From contig NW_003314312.1 in NCBI RefSeq assembly GCF_000143415.4, positions 1,319,166 to 1,383,165 on the forward strand: a DNA stretch of 64,000 nt, in the 5' to 3' direction. The stretch is from Selaginella moellendorffii. Lineage: Eukaryota > Plantae > Lycopodiophyta. Below are positions 1-12,256 of the stretch, one piece after another; the first letter of the stretch is position 1, and each line of letters opens with the position of its first letter. The notes beneath the pieces were generated by a model, which saw only the letters and a list, made by a program, of their open reading frames with translations, had not been told where the DNA came from and ran no database searches. Position numbers and translations under genes: made by a program.

Positions 1-1737
1 CTAGGTATACTCACCCTTATAATCCCACATGCCGGGACTAATGTTGCTGCTTATAGGCACTTTATATACCCATCACTAGCCTTGCCAAAATCCCTTTTTG
101 GCTTTGTCCAATTCAGGTAGACAGACTTCTCCCGTCTCTGCAACCTTGGATGTTTGGATAGCACTTCCTATCCATCATTCGCTAGGGACTTAGTCCCTTG
201 GGCCTTATCTAATGCCCTCATGACACTAAATACCACTTCCTGGTGTTTTAGAGTGTTTAGGTGTCCCAATGAATGCCTTCTTTGACAATGAGCATTCCTT
301 TTTTCGACATTGACTTACTATATTCCAACATAAGCAATTTATCCCCTATAAGGGTATGTTTATCTTTCGTATCCCAATAAGAAATCTTAGGTAGTTACCC
401 TTTACTAGTTTAATCAATTATTTTGCACCTTTTGCTTAGTTGCCTCATAGTTGTCAAGTCCTACAACTCATTGTTGGTGCTTCCACACCTTCATCATTAT
501 TTAGGTCACTACACTCTAACTGCATACCTTCCAGCTTAGGCTATGCCATTCCCATTTCCATTAGGATTCTTTTGGGAAGGGGTTCTCATGAACCCGCCAA
601 CTCGACCTTAAGGCATCACATCTTGGCACATTCAGTGTCTCCACACCATCAGCTCCACGAGCCTAGCTTTATGACACTTCTTACTTGTGTCTAAGTCTTT
701 GCTAAGACCAATACAATTGTTTCTTATGCCAACTATCCGTTAGCACTACACTATATAATTTACACACAACTTTGTGTCAAGTTGCTTTCTTCTAGGAAAC
801 TCTTTCCCATAACTTTAGTATGGCACATTCTGCCATCAATGAGATACCCACTGTTCTCATACTTAGATTTTATAATCCTCCCCATCCTTCATGGGGTACA
901 ACACACCTCAGTCCAAATGCTTCCACCAGTCCTCTAGGACCATTCCCTAACTCTACTCGAGTTATCTAACTTTTTAGACTTCACTAATCCGACGACCTAT
1001 AAAGTCCCATTTTTGAGGTGTCAAATCGTTAGAATACAACTTCATTTATTCATGTCCTACCTATAAGGACCATTCTTGCAAGTGTTACTCTGACACTTGA
1101 TTATTCTTTGTTCCATATGGGCTACTTTTGCCCCTTAAGACTATTTATCCATGTGATGAGAATACCAACTCATCCTCTAAGTACACCCTCAATCCCTTGG
1201 GTTGTTCTAGCATTTATTAAGGGTAACTCTGGCTATTATTTCAAGGACTCGTGTCCTCTTCCGTATTTGACCTCCCACAATCATTAATTCTAGTCTCAAA
1301 TTCATGAGCCATATAAGGATAATTTTGTGACTTCTTTATTTTTTTGGAGTCTCTATTTTTCCTGTGATCCCGAGTATAGTTATTTACCACAACTACATTA
1401 GCCAATTTTCTGAATTAAACACTCATCTGGATCATATCCTCAACTCTTTGAGAAAAACTTTATACTATTCCTAAGATCCCAAAGTCATTCCTTTATTGGC
1501 CTTTTTCTATCCACCACCTTGCCTACAAGTTCACACATGAATTGTAATGGAGAGCCACGTGGTCTCCACCTGGAAGGCCCTTGAGTATCAGTGAACCTCT
1601 CAAGCCCGCACTCCAAGTCTCGATAAAGGCTCCAAAATTCTTGAAAGCATCCAAACTTTAGCATCCAAAAAGAGTTAGGAAATGGTAGCTTACTTGAAGG
1701 CCAACCGTAGTGCTCAGTTAAGACTATTCCTATAAAG

Positions 1738-2030
1738 ATGCACAAGAGGCCAGCAAGAAAAGGTAAGGCAGTTAAATTTATTGGTACTGTCTCTAAGCAA
1801 AAACAGGGTAAAATTAACTTGGCTCACACATTTGAGTGTGAGATTCTCTCCACTAAGTACATCACTGCGCTTGCAAAGGAGTACATAATCAAAATAGAAG
1901 GTGGAGAGTACACAATTGCCATTCAAGACTTTCCTTCTTACACATGTCCAGACTTTTACAAGCGTGAGGAACATGGGAAGGCATATGCTCCTTGCAAGCA
2001 TATGTACTACATCTTCATCAACATGTTACA
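1738..2030 (+). mobile_element. SWIM zinc-finger fragment, probably the C-terminus of a Mutator-like transposase; runs into an assembly gap
   Basis: YTIAIQDFPSYTCPDF...CKHMYYIF resembles the SWIM pattern CxCxDF...CKH (first Cys is Y here); a related fragment lies at 60882-61154. Confidence 0.6.
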
Positions 2031-2367
2031 NNNNNNNNNNNNNNNNNNNNNNNNNNNNNNNNNNNNNNNNNNNNNNNNNNNNNNNNNNNNNNNNNNNNNN
2101 NNNNNNNNNNNNNNNNNNNNNNNNNNNNNNNNNNNNNNNNNNNNNNNNNNNNNNNNNNNNNNNNNNNNNNNNNNNNNNNNNNNNNNNNNNNNNNNNNNNN
2201 NNNNNNNNNNNNNNNNNNNNNNNNNNNNNNNNNNNNNNNNNNNNNNNNNNNNNNNNNNNNNNNNNNNNNNNNNNNNNNNNNNNNNNNNNNNNNNNNNNNN
2301 NNNNNNNNNNNNNNNNNNNNNNNNNNNNNNNNNNNNNNNNNNNNNNNNNNNNNNNNNNNNNNNNNNN
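2031..2367. other. assembly gap (N run)
   Basis: 337 consecutive N. Confidence 1.
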
Positions 2368-4339
2368 ACACTAGATTTCTCCACACTATCGATATTTATT
2401 CTCTATCAATAATATAAAGTTATTATACTTTATATAATTAGTAAAAAGGCATTTTTCATTTCACTTTTCATTTTATATACTTCTGAGTGTTCTTTTCACA
2501 ATACTACCCATAGTACTCATGTGTCTCCATTTCTGTCTTTACCATCTCAAAAAAGATTTCATGGTAGTCTTTCGGGTGCGTGATGTTGTAGTGTGTCATG
2601 AGAGCATATATATACCATTATACTGATCATCGCCATTGTTTCCACCAAATGCTAGAAAACATATAAAGCATTTTTTGAAAGTGGCAGAATTGCATTTTTC
2701 TAAAACAAGTAATAGAGCATTCTTTTTCACTCAATTTGTTGTGCCCTCTATTATTGCATTTATCTCCAACTCATAATCACTATCCTCACTATCCTCTCTT
2801 TCATTCTCTTGTGTGGTTTGGTTATGCTATATAATGAGATAATTATTGCATCTTCTAACCCTTCAACCTTTGGAAGAAAGATTGTGAGAGCTAAAATTAC
2901 CAACACTAGAACTTATAGACATTTGTGTGTATTTTCCTTTTTTCGAATGAGACTGTAAATGAAGATCTATAAATTCTAGATAATATGCTATAACAAATCC
3001 CTCAAGAATGTATTCTAGAAAAGAACCAAGCCTTTCTTTTATATGAAATAAGCTTACATCAACGGTTTTTTTTTTTTTTTCCTTTCAGACGGTTATATGG
3101 ATTTATATAGAATCTTATTTCAAATTTAATAATTTTTTAATTTTGACAAACCTGACATTTACTAGCCAGAAAGCACAGAGTACAGATTTAAGGAAGTGAC
3201 AAGAATATTTTTTCTGCAAACATCTTATTTTATTATCTAACAGATATCCTTATTATAGCTATTTAAATTGTTAGAACAAGAAGTGTCCTTTAGAACATTT
3301 TTATCTATATAATATGTAAAGAATTATGAAATTATTATTTTTGCCATAACCTTAATATTTTAAAGTTTTTTAATGTTTGTATTAAACTACATTTAAAACT
3401 TCAGCTCAACTCACGAGCTCAACTCTTCAACTCGTGAGCTCAAGTATGGCCCACACTCGGGAGCTTGTGCTTTCTCCCTATGACAAATTTTGGATTAATA
3501 CTTTTGGGTTACTTGCCTATGAAGAGCTACTTGAAGGAGAAATATGGATTAAGCAGGGGATCAAGCTCATGCAAAAGTGGTATCTAATGGAGCATGCATT
3601 TCTTTTTAGTGGGTGAGTCCATCCCTTTAGACTCATCTAGTTTGCTCAGATTTTTTGCCTAAACAATGAGGACAAAATAATCACAATGAACTAGAAGGAT
3701 CTCATGCCTAATCAATATGTCCTCTCTAACTATACATCCGGAAAGCAACTTTACCTACTTGAAGCTCGACTATTATGCTAGGCTTAAAGTGTTGTGTGCC
3801 ATCATCGATGGGAGAACAGTTGCGTAAATGCCAGCATCAAGATAGCCCACCTATTGGAAGCTATTAAGACTGGATGGCAACTAAACATAGCTTATTTTGC
3901 CTACAATGGATTTGTGCCTGAAATGAAGAATGTTGCTTTATATGTATGCAAGGGAAGGCAAGTGAAAATGAGAGTATTAATCTTTTTGTGGCACATCTAC
4001 AAGTATTACACTAGAGAATCCCATGCCTCACCTTGCCATTGAGCCACCATTTATAATATCTCCTCCAATGGAGCTAGTGAAGGATGTGGATATGGAGGAG
4101 AATCAGATTAAACTGAGGAAAATTCTTCCCTAAAAAAGAAACTCCCTCTAGATATGAAAATCCAAGCTGCAAGATGTTTAGGGCTCATTTTGCAAAAACC
4201 TAGTGGCCGAGTATGCTGCGGAAAAGCTAGACACATCAAGTACGGTGATAAAATGCCATGTCCAAATTAGGAAAAGAGTTGTGGCTCGTTTACGTCTACA
4301 AAGACAACTTCGATGCCAATACAAATCTTTCCAAGCATC

Positions 4340-4730
4340 AGGGAAGTGATGAGTACACAAATGGAAAACACTAAGCAAAAGATGGATGCCAAAGTTGTAG
4401 AAGAAATTCCACAACTTAGGCCATAAAGTCTGACACGCAATGTGTCTACAAATGTTGCAAAACCATTGGCTATAGATACAGCCAATGAGGTGAGTCTAGG
4501 CCAAGTAGATCACATCCAAGAAACTCAATGAGACAAAGAGGACAAGGCTAAAAAAGAGGGTTTATTTGAATTAGGAGCTTATCACTATGAAGACTAAGCT
4601 TAATAACTTGGAGTAGGATATGGAGAATCTAACTACCTAAGGACAAGCAATAGCTTTGTAATAGAGGAGTGATGAAGAGGTAAATGTTTTATTTTATATA
4701 TCATCCCAGACAAAACAAAAGAATGAAGCC
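4340..4730 (+). repeat. dispersed repeat of unknown element, homologous to 38668-39550
   Basis: gggaagtgatgag-acacaaat...cacaacttaggcca...tacaaatgttgcaaaac...acaaagaggacaaggcta is shared; this copy lacks the ~500 bp present at 38900-39408. Confidence 0.7.
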
Positions 4731-5647
4731 CACGCTCAATATTGAGTTCAAGTGTCTTTTGGCACCATGCACCAACTTTCACTATCCCAAGTATCTCTAT
4801 GTATCCTTTAAAGATTCCTTTTGCCTTATATCACCACTCTAGACACACTAATCATTTGCATCACCCTCTACCACACTCCATATGGCACTAGTGGCTCTTA
4901 CATATGTGGGGTATAGAGGCAAAGGTCCTTGAATGGCAACCACTATGGCATACTAATATGTGTTGCATCCTTATACTCTATAAAGGAAGGCAACTTTGTG
5001 CAGGCAGTTGAGTTGTATCTTTGCCTCAAAGATCTAGAATATTAGTATTCCCTAGATATAGAATATTGTGTACCCCTAAAGAATGTGCATGCCAGGTTTG
5101 CACACCCTTGCACTAGTTAAAATATTCATGCAAAATAAGTTTGCCTCACATGGCTTCCATGGCTTTTATCATCAGCCCACTGAAGTTTTGCATGTCATCA
5201 TCCACTAAAAATTAGCCACCAATAGTACATGAAGTAAAGCCAAGGGAAAAGTGAGGCTTGAGTTACATGAGTTACATGCTCATCTGACATATCTTTGATA
5301 GGTATTTTAACTTGTGCATTGCATCCAATAGTGGCTGCAAAGCCTACATAGCTTTGTTGTGCTAGTGGGTGCATCAGGCTTTCTCCTCATGCTCTATCAC
5401 TCCAATGGAGTGGACATACCTAATCGCAAAATGAGAACATTATTTTAACCTACTCCTGCCCATGAAACATTGTGTCAATTGTTATGCAAATTGGCTGCTC
5501 CACAATTTCCTCCACCCTCATGTCCATGAAGAGGACTAGGGGCTCCTAAAAATCTGCATTTAGGAGCATCCGAGCCTACAAAATGGCATGCACTCATTCC
5601 TCTACCATGGCATTAATGCTAGGGGAAGCTATTTCTAGTGGCCCCAT

Positions 5648-6250
5648 TGTAACACACATGGTTTTAACCCTTCATCCTATAGTGATTTACTATAGGATAA
5701 CCATGAAGTGGAACCTAAACCCTCTATATGCCACATGTCACATGCCATGTGCCACATGCCATGTGTCCCAAGGACAGTAGTGTGGAACCTGAGTTTTAGG
5801 GCCTTGGGCCATTGAACAAAAACACGGAGCCAAACTCCTAGTATGGAGCCAATGAGTGATGGCATTAGAGCACGGAACAACTCTCGAGCGTACACCCCAA
5901 GGGGTAAGGAGACAAGAGCATGGAGAAATTTGGAATAATCCTAGAGTATCCAGCATCCCAATGCCAGGACTCCATACCATTCTAGTTGGTGGAGTGTCGC
6001 ATTAGGTCATTAGTATGTTGAAATACCACTAGACTTTATTTGGCTCCGTTTTGCATGCTAACTTGGGCTTAGACCCAAGCCAAACATAGAACGAAGATAG
6101 GCATGCAAGCAGGAGCTAGACTATGCCTCAGGTTGGTCAGCCATGCCCGACCTACCCACTATCCCTACTTTACATTTGAAACCCCCTATAGACCACCCCC
6201 CCCCCTTGAGGATCACACACTTTGGGCTTTCACCCCAAGCCACCCTTGAG
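5648..6250 (-). repeat. partial LTR of gypsy family B
   Basis: Reverse complement of 28320-28866 (gcttggggtgaaagcccaaagtgtg, cttgggtctaagcccaag, terminal ...ACA). Confidence 0.8.
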
Positions 6251-7249
6251 ATATAAAGTTCCTTACTAATGCTTGCACTGGCATAACACTTCCAGAATAT
6301 GTCCAAGCTTCCCTTCAAGAGCTTGGGGATGGATGGCTTCTTAATGGCAGCTCAAGCTCCATGGATTTCAAGAACCAGCCAGGCCAATCATTTTTCTCGT
6401 GCCGCATGGCATATAGGTATATTGCAAAAAATTGACTTGCTTATTTAATCATGGCTCTTTTGTAGGTATTTAAATCATTGCCTAGGTGCTCCAATGTACA
6501 CAACAAGTGTTTTTCTTAAGCTTTTAACTAGTGGGAAGAAGCTTGGCATGTATGAGCCAGAGTTCCATTGTCCCACTGCGCAAGAGTGAGAACTTTATCC
6601 CTGGTACTTTGGAGGCAAATGCCATTGTCACCTTTTGAGCTTGATCTCTACCTCAAGTGTCATCTAGGTTTGATGAGTAAAACTTCCTAGCAATAACTTA
6701 TATTTCTACTTTATTGTAGAGGCACTTTTGGAGGGAGTCAAGACAGGGATGAGATTCATATTGAGTAGACCAAAGAGGAAAAAGTGGAGAACCCGGCTGA
6801 AAACTCTTCTACCCCATTTCATCCTATAGCAATTGCTTATTTTCCAGATCCTACTGCCACTGCTCATCTAGCCCCGACTACTTGAAATGTACGAAGGCAA
6901 CTCCATAGTGAGAATGTCCAAGAGAGTAAAAACTTGATTTTCAATGATCTTGCTTATTGTAATTTAGTTGTAGATGTCAGAGAAACCAGCCAGCACTCTA
7001 TATGCTAATGTACAAATGCATTGTTTCCATCCCTCCCCATTGCTACAGAGGATGACCTCCAAGAGTTATCTTCATCAACTTCACACAAACAGGTATGAAA
7101 ACTTTAATAGTTCCTACTTTTGAACACTATTCTCTCTTTTTCCTACATGAAGTGTTGGCAACGTGGAAATAGTTATTAGGGACTACTTTCAGCTTTCCAA
7201 TGATGTGAGCTGAGAGTCTTTTATGTTCCATAGATGGATACAGGATTGG

Positions 7250-7865
7250 GAATGAATAATACCTTCAACATTGACCTTGCATTCTTTGACTTGCCTGATG
7301 GGTTACCACCTTTACAAGGCAACACTCCATCCTAGAACATCCTTCAACTGGACTATATTTTTCAAGTGGTGGATGTGGCATTCAAGGTGTTTCGATATGA
7401 GGGCATTATGCTAGTCATTTTTCCCCATTCTTTATTTTAGGGAGGTCTTCTTGCAACAATGGCGGAGAATGATGACCCTAAATTGGTTGAAAAGGTTTGC
7501 ATTTCCTTGTTTTTTATATGTTAGATTGATTGCCTCTTTTCATTGTAGGTTTTAGCATGGAACTACCATGCTCTCTACTGCTACTCTTGCCATCACAGTA
7601 TTACATGAGCTGTTAAGCATGCAGGTTTGGCATTGCCAAGATATGATAGCTCAACAAACATCATCCCGAATGCCATTAATAAGGACCATTATATAGAGTT
7701 CCTTGGCTATTGACACCATTCACCAAAGGCCATGCAAATCCTCCTAGAGCTATTTTGTCCTCTTAAGAGGATTGTGCTTGATGCTACAACAAGTTTTGGT
7801 TTGATGGTGCTAGCAGCTAAAGAGACTAGCCGTGCAGTTTTTGCACTAGAGAAGAAGAGTGCATT
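7250..7865 (+). pseudogene. decayed beta-class N4C/N6A DNA methyltransferase-like coding remnant
   Basis: Manual translation: IDLAFFDLPDGLP...P(S*)N at 7270-7340 (DPPY-like motif IV) and SPKAMQILLELFCPLKRIVLDATTSFGLMVLAAKETSRAVFALE at 7720-7855 (motif X/I-like). Internal stops; probable GT-AG intron ~7494-7548. Confidence 0.5.
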
Positions 7866-8399
7866 TGAAGGTGCTCTTGGGACATTTCATAACAAGTGAT
7901 AATAAAGTATAAATTTCTCATTATAGTAATTTTATCATGGTTGTGTATATTAAGTGGATTGATGACATAGGCTATAATTTGCCATATTATGCAAAAGCAA
8001 TAGCACAAGCTCATATACAACAAGAGCCCACAGTTAGAGAACATAATACTATACTAACTCCTCCTTTTGTGGATGTGGATGCTGAGGAAGACTATATTTA
8101 GATTTTTTTTAATCAAATTTTCTAGTGGTATTATAGAGTTTCTTCTTTGACTCATGATATTTATTTTCTTATTGGACTTATAATATTTAGCTTTTTCTTG
8201 GACTGAAAATATGTCTTAAGTTTTGAATAGAATTGTTAGTTCGTTCCGAACCAATCATTTAAACATCAACTTTTATATTTGGTGGACTATATTGACTTTC
8301 ATTTACTTGAGCTCAACTCAAAAACTACCCAACCCCCACCTTTGGACTATGTGACAATGCAAGTGGCTGCAAGGTGCTATGTCCTTCAAGTTTCCAGAT

Positions 8400-10050
8400 C
8401 CCAGCTGTTGGAAGTCCACAACAAGGAAATCCAATATGGACACCACTCCTTACACTAAGATCTTGATACTGTGGTAGATGCCTGTGGGAACCACTAAGTG
8501 ATTAGCAAATGTTTTGAGGATGATGTTTGTGTTGCCAGCCACTTCCAAGCCACTGGAGTGTGCCAAGTCAAGGGAGATGATGTTGCTCTAAGAACTAGAA
8601 TTTATCACCAATCTGGACCTCTACAAAGAATGCTCTGGGATCATGAGTGGTTTGGGTGTTGATGATACATACACAATATTGAGGTTCCATAGGAAGTCTT
8701 GTGGACTTGGTAAAAGCCTTCAGTTGAGAAGTAAAACCAACTACACATCGCAAAAGCTCACAAAGTGTGATTAGGACTGGAGTGCTAGCAATTTGAGCGA
8801 GAACCTCTTGTGGGACCTGAGAAAGAGTGGAGGGCAACTAGAAGATCCCACTCTAAAAGGCTGGAGGTTGTCTTGGAGTTGGATCTGAAGTTGTGGCTAA
8901 GGATGTGGTAATGTTACAAATATCAAAGCATGAGGGAACTTGCACGCCATAAGAGATAGTGAAGTTCTAGAAACTAATGCTGGATTCTACTCACCATCAA
9001 TGGGGCTGGAAGGGAAATTTTCTTGCATCCTCTAGTCACAGCAGCCACCTGATAACTATCCTCCATGATGTTGATTGTGCTGACATGCATGGATGTCTTT
9101 CTACAGCTCAATAAAGGGGTGTCTTCAAATCACTTTTTCTTTAGTTATTTCTAGTATCTGTCTGTTGGCTATGGAAGAGATGTATTATCTGTCAAAGGCT
9201 GTTGTTGAACATGTTGGACAGAAGGTGGCTGAAGCTTTGGGTGAAGCTTCCAACATTCCTCCATGTTGTGTGTTGTAACATCACAATGCAAGTAGTACCA
9301 GGAATGAGGATGGTTTCTCAGTCTCTCAGCCTACTGTAAGCAACATGCTCTAAGTTCCTCAAGTAACTTCTCTTGCATTTATTTCTGCTACTGGATGATC
9401 TCCTTATATCCTGCGAGCTCCAACAATGCCTTCTTTGTCACCAAGGGAACTTTATCATCACTGTGTAGAGTTGGAGAAGAACAGAACATGGTAGCACATG
9501 AGCTCTCATCTGAGGGTGGGAGGAAAGGCTCTTCTGCCCTAGAAATCCCGAGCTCTTGGAGAAGAGTCTCTACTGCAGCAAATGCTTTATGACACGTTTG
9601 AAACTCTTGCTTAAGCATCTTGCGTTGGAGATTTCTCTTGAGGCCAGAGGTGAATGTATGGATGCCATAAGATTTATTTGTGATCCTTACGTAGGACACA
9701 CTCCTTCCAATAAGACTTGAACCACATCACATACTCTGGCACAGATTCGCATGCTCCTTGAAAGTGAACAAGTCCATGAGTAAGTGATTCACTTATCACT
9801 ATTGATCAAAGTGACCTTGGAAAGATGTTTTGAATGTGGAGTAATTAGCCATGTCCACCTCCAAAAGAGTTTCTGCCCACTTTGCTACTCAGCCTGTGAG
9901 CAATCATGAGAAGTCATAGAGCTTGTGATTGATGTCATTCAACACACAATATTGCTAGAAGTGAGTGACATGTATCTTGGTGGAGATGTTGCCATTGCCA
10001 AAGAAGTATAGCAAGTTGGTGCCTCACTGTAGAATGTGGATTTGTGTAGG
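8400..10050 (-). mobile_element. degenerate LTR-retrotransposon gag/protease remnant
   Basis: Fragments FTSGLKRNLQRKMLKQEFQTCHKAFAAVE (gag-like) and PRAFFVEVQIGDKF (protease-proximal); many stops. Confidence 0.5.
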
Positions 10051-10059
10051 AAGAGCCAT

Positions 10060-11388
10060 AGTTGGTAGACTCTTTGACTCAGTATCTATGGTTAATAATG
10101 AATCCTCCTCACCAGAAAAAGTAGTATAATAATCTAGCTTGTGTCCAATTCATATGAGAAGAAAATACCCAAATGGGATAGCCCTAAATAAAAGAGTATC
10201 CTAATGAAGATTTTCCTAACCAAAATCATTGTCAGCTCCCACAAATGCCAATTCCTTATAAAGAAAAAATAAATCTAGCAAAACAAAAAGAGGAAAAGAC
10301 ATAAAAGATGTTATGGAAACCACTTGGTAGGATGTGGATACATGATTTCACTCAAAAAAAAATGGAGAAAAAAAAAAAAAACAAAATCAAACTCCAACAC
10401 TCAAAACAAATTGCTTTAAGAGAAATACATTTTCATTGAAATCTCTTGACTTTGCCCACTAAATTAAGTGTGGATGGACTTATTGGAAAGACTAAACTCA
10501 AATAAAAAAACAACAAAAAGTATGAGCTAAAACACTAAAATGCCTAAGAAAAATCGAATCAAACATTAAATTCTAAGCAAAGAGAAAGAGAATAAAAGAA
10601 AATGCCCTCCCTAGTACAAGAAACACTCATTTCTGGCATTAGTGGATGGCAATAGTATGGCTGTGATAATCTCCATGTATCAAGCTAAAATATTGCTATC
10701 TTAAGTTGTGAAGTGTTGCAAGTGAAAAATTGCTACCTCTCGTGGCCTAGAGTGAATTGACTGCCAGGAAAGGACTCACCAGAAATTTTGTCTCTAGATT
10801 TATATGCCCAGAAAATAAATTCCTAAATCAGTCTCAAAATCACAAACTTAAAGCATTAGAAATTGCCATGAAAACAAAAGAGTGCAATGGACAATAAGGC
10901 ACTCTTTAGTTTGTTGGAAAGAGGACACCAAAATGCACTAACCTAAAGAAAAAAAAAACCAAAATTGATATTTTAATCATGCAAAAAACCAAGTAGAAAG
11001 AGGATAATATGGAAAACTAATGCAAGAACATGAAAACCTTTGAGTCATGGAAGTAAAAACCCTTAGCAGTCCTAGCGCTTCTAAAAACATGAAACTAACC
11101 ACTATACCTTAAGATCTTTCTCAATTTCTCAAGAGAACTTTCCAATCTTTTAAAAAAATTAGTCTAGCTCGTCATGATTGTTGAGGCATTTTTCAACCCC
11201 AACCACAACTTCATCCCTCACACACACACTCACAAACTCACAGTTCCAAACTCAAGCCAAGCTCAAGCTCAAGAGAAAACTCAAGCCTCTCATAGGCTTA
11301 CATACAAGAATGAAAGATTATTTTAAGGTCTCTCAAGCCAGAACCTAAACTGTGACGCGAGGAGAAAGCAGTGAACCACAACAGTATG
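10060..11388. repeat. repeat shared with 61330-62089 (likely LTR/5' leader of the adjacent element)
   Basis: Collinear identity from ggtagactc-ttgact-agtatctatggttaa to ctaaactgtgacgcgaggagaaag-agtgaaccacaacagtatg. Confidence 0.75.
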
Positions 11389-11389
11389 A

Positions 11390-11676
11390 AACTTCCCCAA
11401 TGATGGCAGCTGGATCCAAGGGCTTCTTCCCTATTGTCATCATCCATAGACCATGCTGGTCCATGTATAATTCAAATTTGGTCTTCCAGGTATGCCAGTT
11501 CTTCCCATTGAATTGGAGCGGCATCCACTGCCACGTGACATCAACTAAATTGGAAGCCAATGCAGAATCTGCCCAATTGTCCCAAATGCTATCAAGTCTC
11601 AAAGGATTGCTCAGATCCCTTTCCCATTCGCTCTACCTCAGACTCATAGCTCTGTATACTATGACGAACTGCTGAC
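11390..11676 (-). mobile_element. Ty1/copia gag N-terminal fragment
   Basis: QFNGKNWHTWKTKFELYMDQHGLW matches the copia gag N-terminal pattern (F.G.N...W...M...L...GLW). Confidence 0.6.
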
Positions 11677-11719
11677 CTAGGATCCCACATGGTGCTGATG
11701 TGGAGAGCAAGGATTCGCA

Positions 11720-12000
11720 TGTTGTAAAAGACAGGTCCGATCCCCTGGAAGTGGTACAAGCCATAGTCTCCAAGGAGGATGTAGCAAATATTGCTCTTTG
11801 GCAAGAAGTGAGCTTGAGATGACAACCGCTGGCACAGTTCCCCGTTTCATGAAGAGGTTTGGTCCATACTGCTTGGACAGGGCATGCAATGAGAGGAAGG
11901 GAATTCCTGCGAGATGAAGGAGGGGCAATCCCCAGGGAGATGGAGGCAGCTTAAGGTGCAGCAAATATTTCCTTAAGGCAAGGAGAGTCCCCACAATCGT
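11720..12000 (-). pseudogene. cytochrome P450-B 5' fragment (paralog of 43147-44690)
   Basis: KYLLHLKLPPSPWGLPLL...SKQYGP...GDYGLYHFQGIGPV nearly identical to the 43147 gene; ATG lost, internal deletions, truncated. Confidence 0.9.
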
Positions 12001-12256
12001 GAATGTCAAATTTGTGAAGATTTGAGAAGCAACTAGCCCTTGGCATTTTATGCTTGCTTCTTTGAGACTTGCTTGAGAATTCTAGTCAACCACAACTTTG
12101 ACGAGCGCCACACTTGAATTGACTTGATCTTGATGCAACAATCTTTCAAGTCACTATAGATGGACTCATTGGCTCCCAACGAAAAACGTTGCTGGTTCTT
12201 GTTTCTGTTGTTTCAGTGAAAGACGGCCAAACTTGACAAGCAATATAAAAGTTTAA

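Noticed and set aside
1-1480. Possible degenerate retroelement coding remnant on the minus strand
   Set aside because: Only scattered hints; no motif I could support with coordinates
1901-2417. Several long ORFs in the track
   Set aside because: Artefacts of translating through the N gap
3400-3445. gagctcaactc-type short repeats (also near 8310, 11250, 46790, 61300)
   Set aside because: Irregular, with no constant spacers, so not CRISPR-like; probably transposon sub-terminal sequence that I cannot assign
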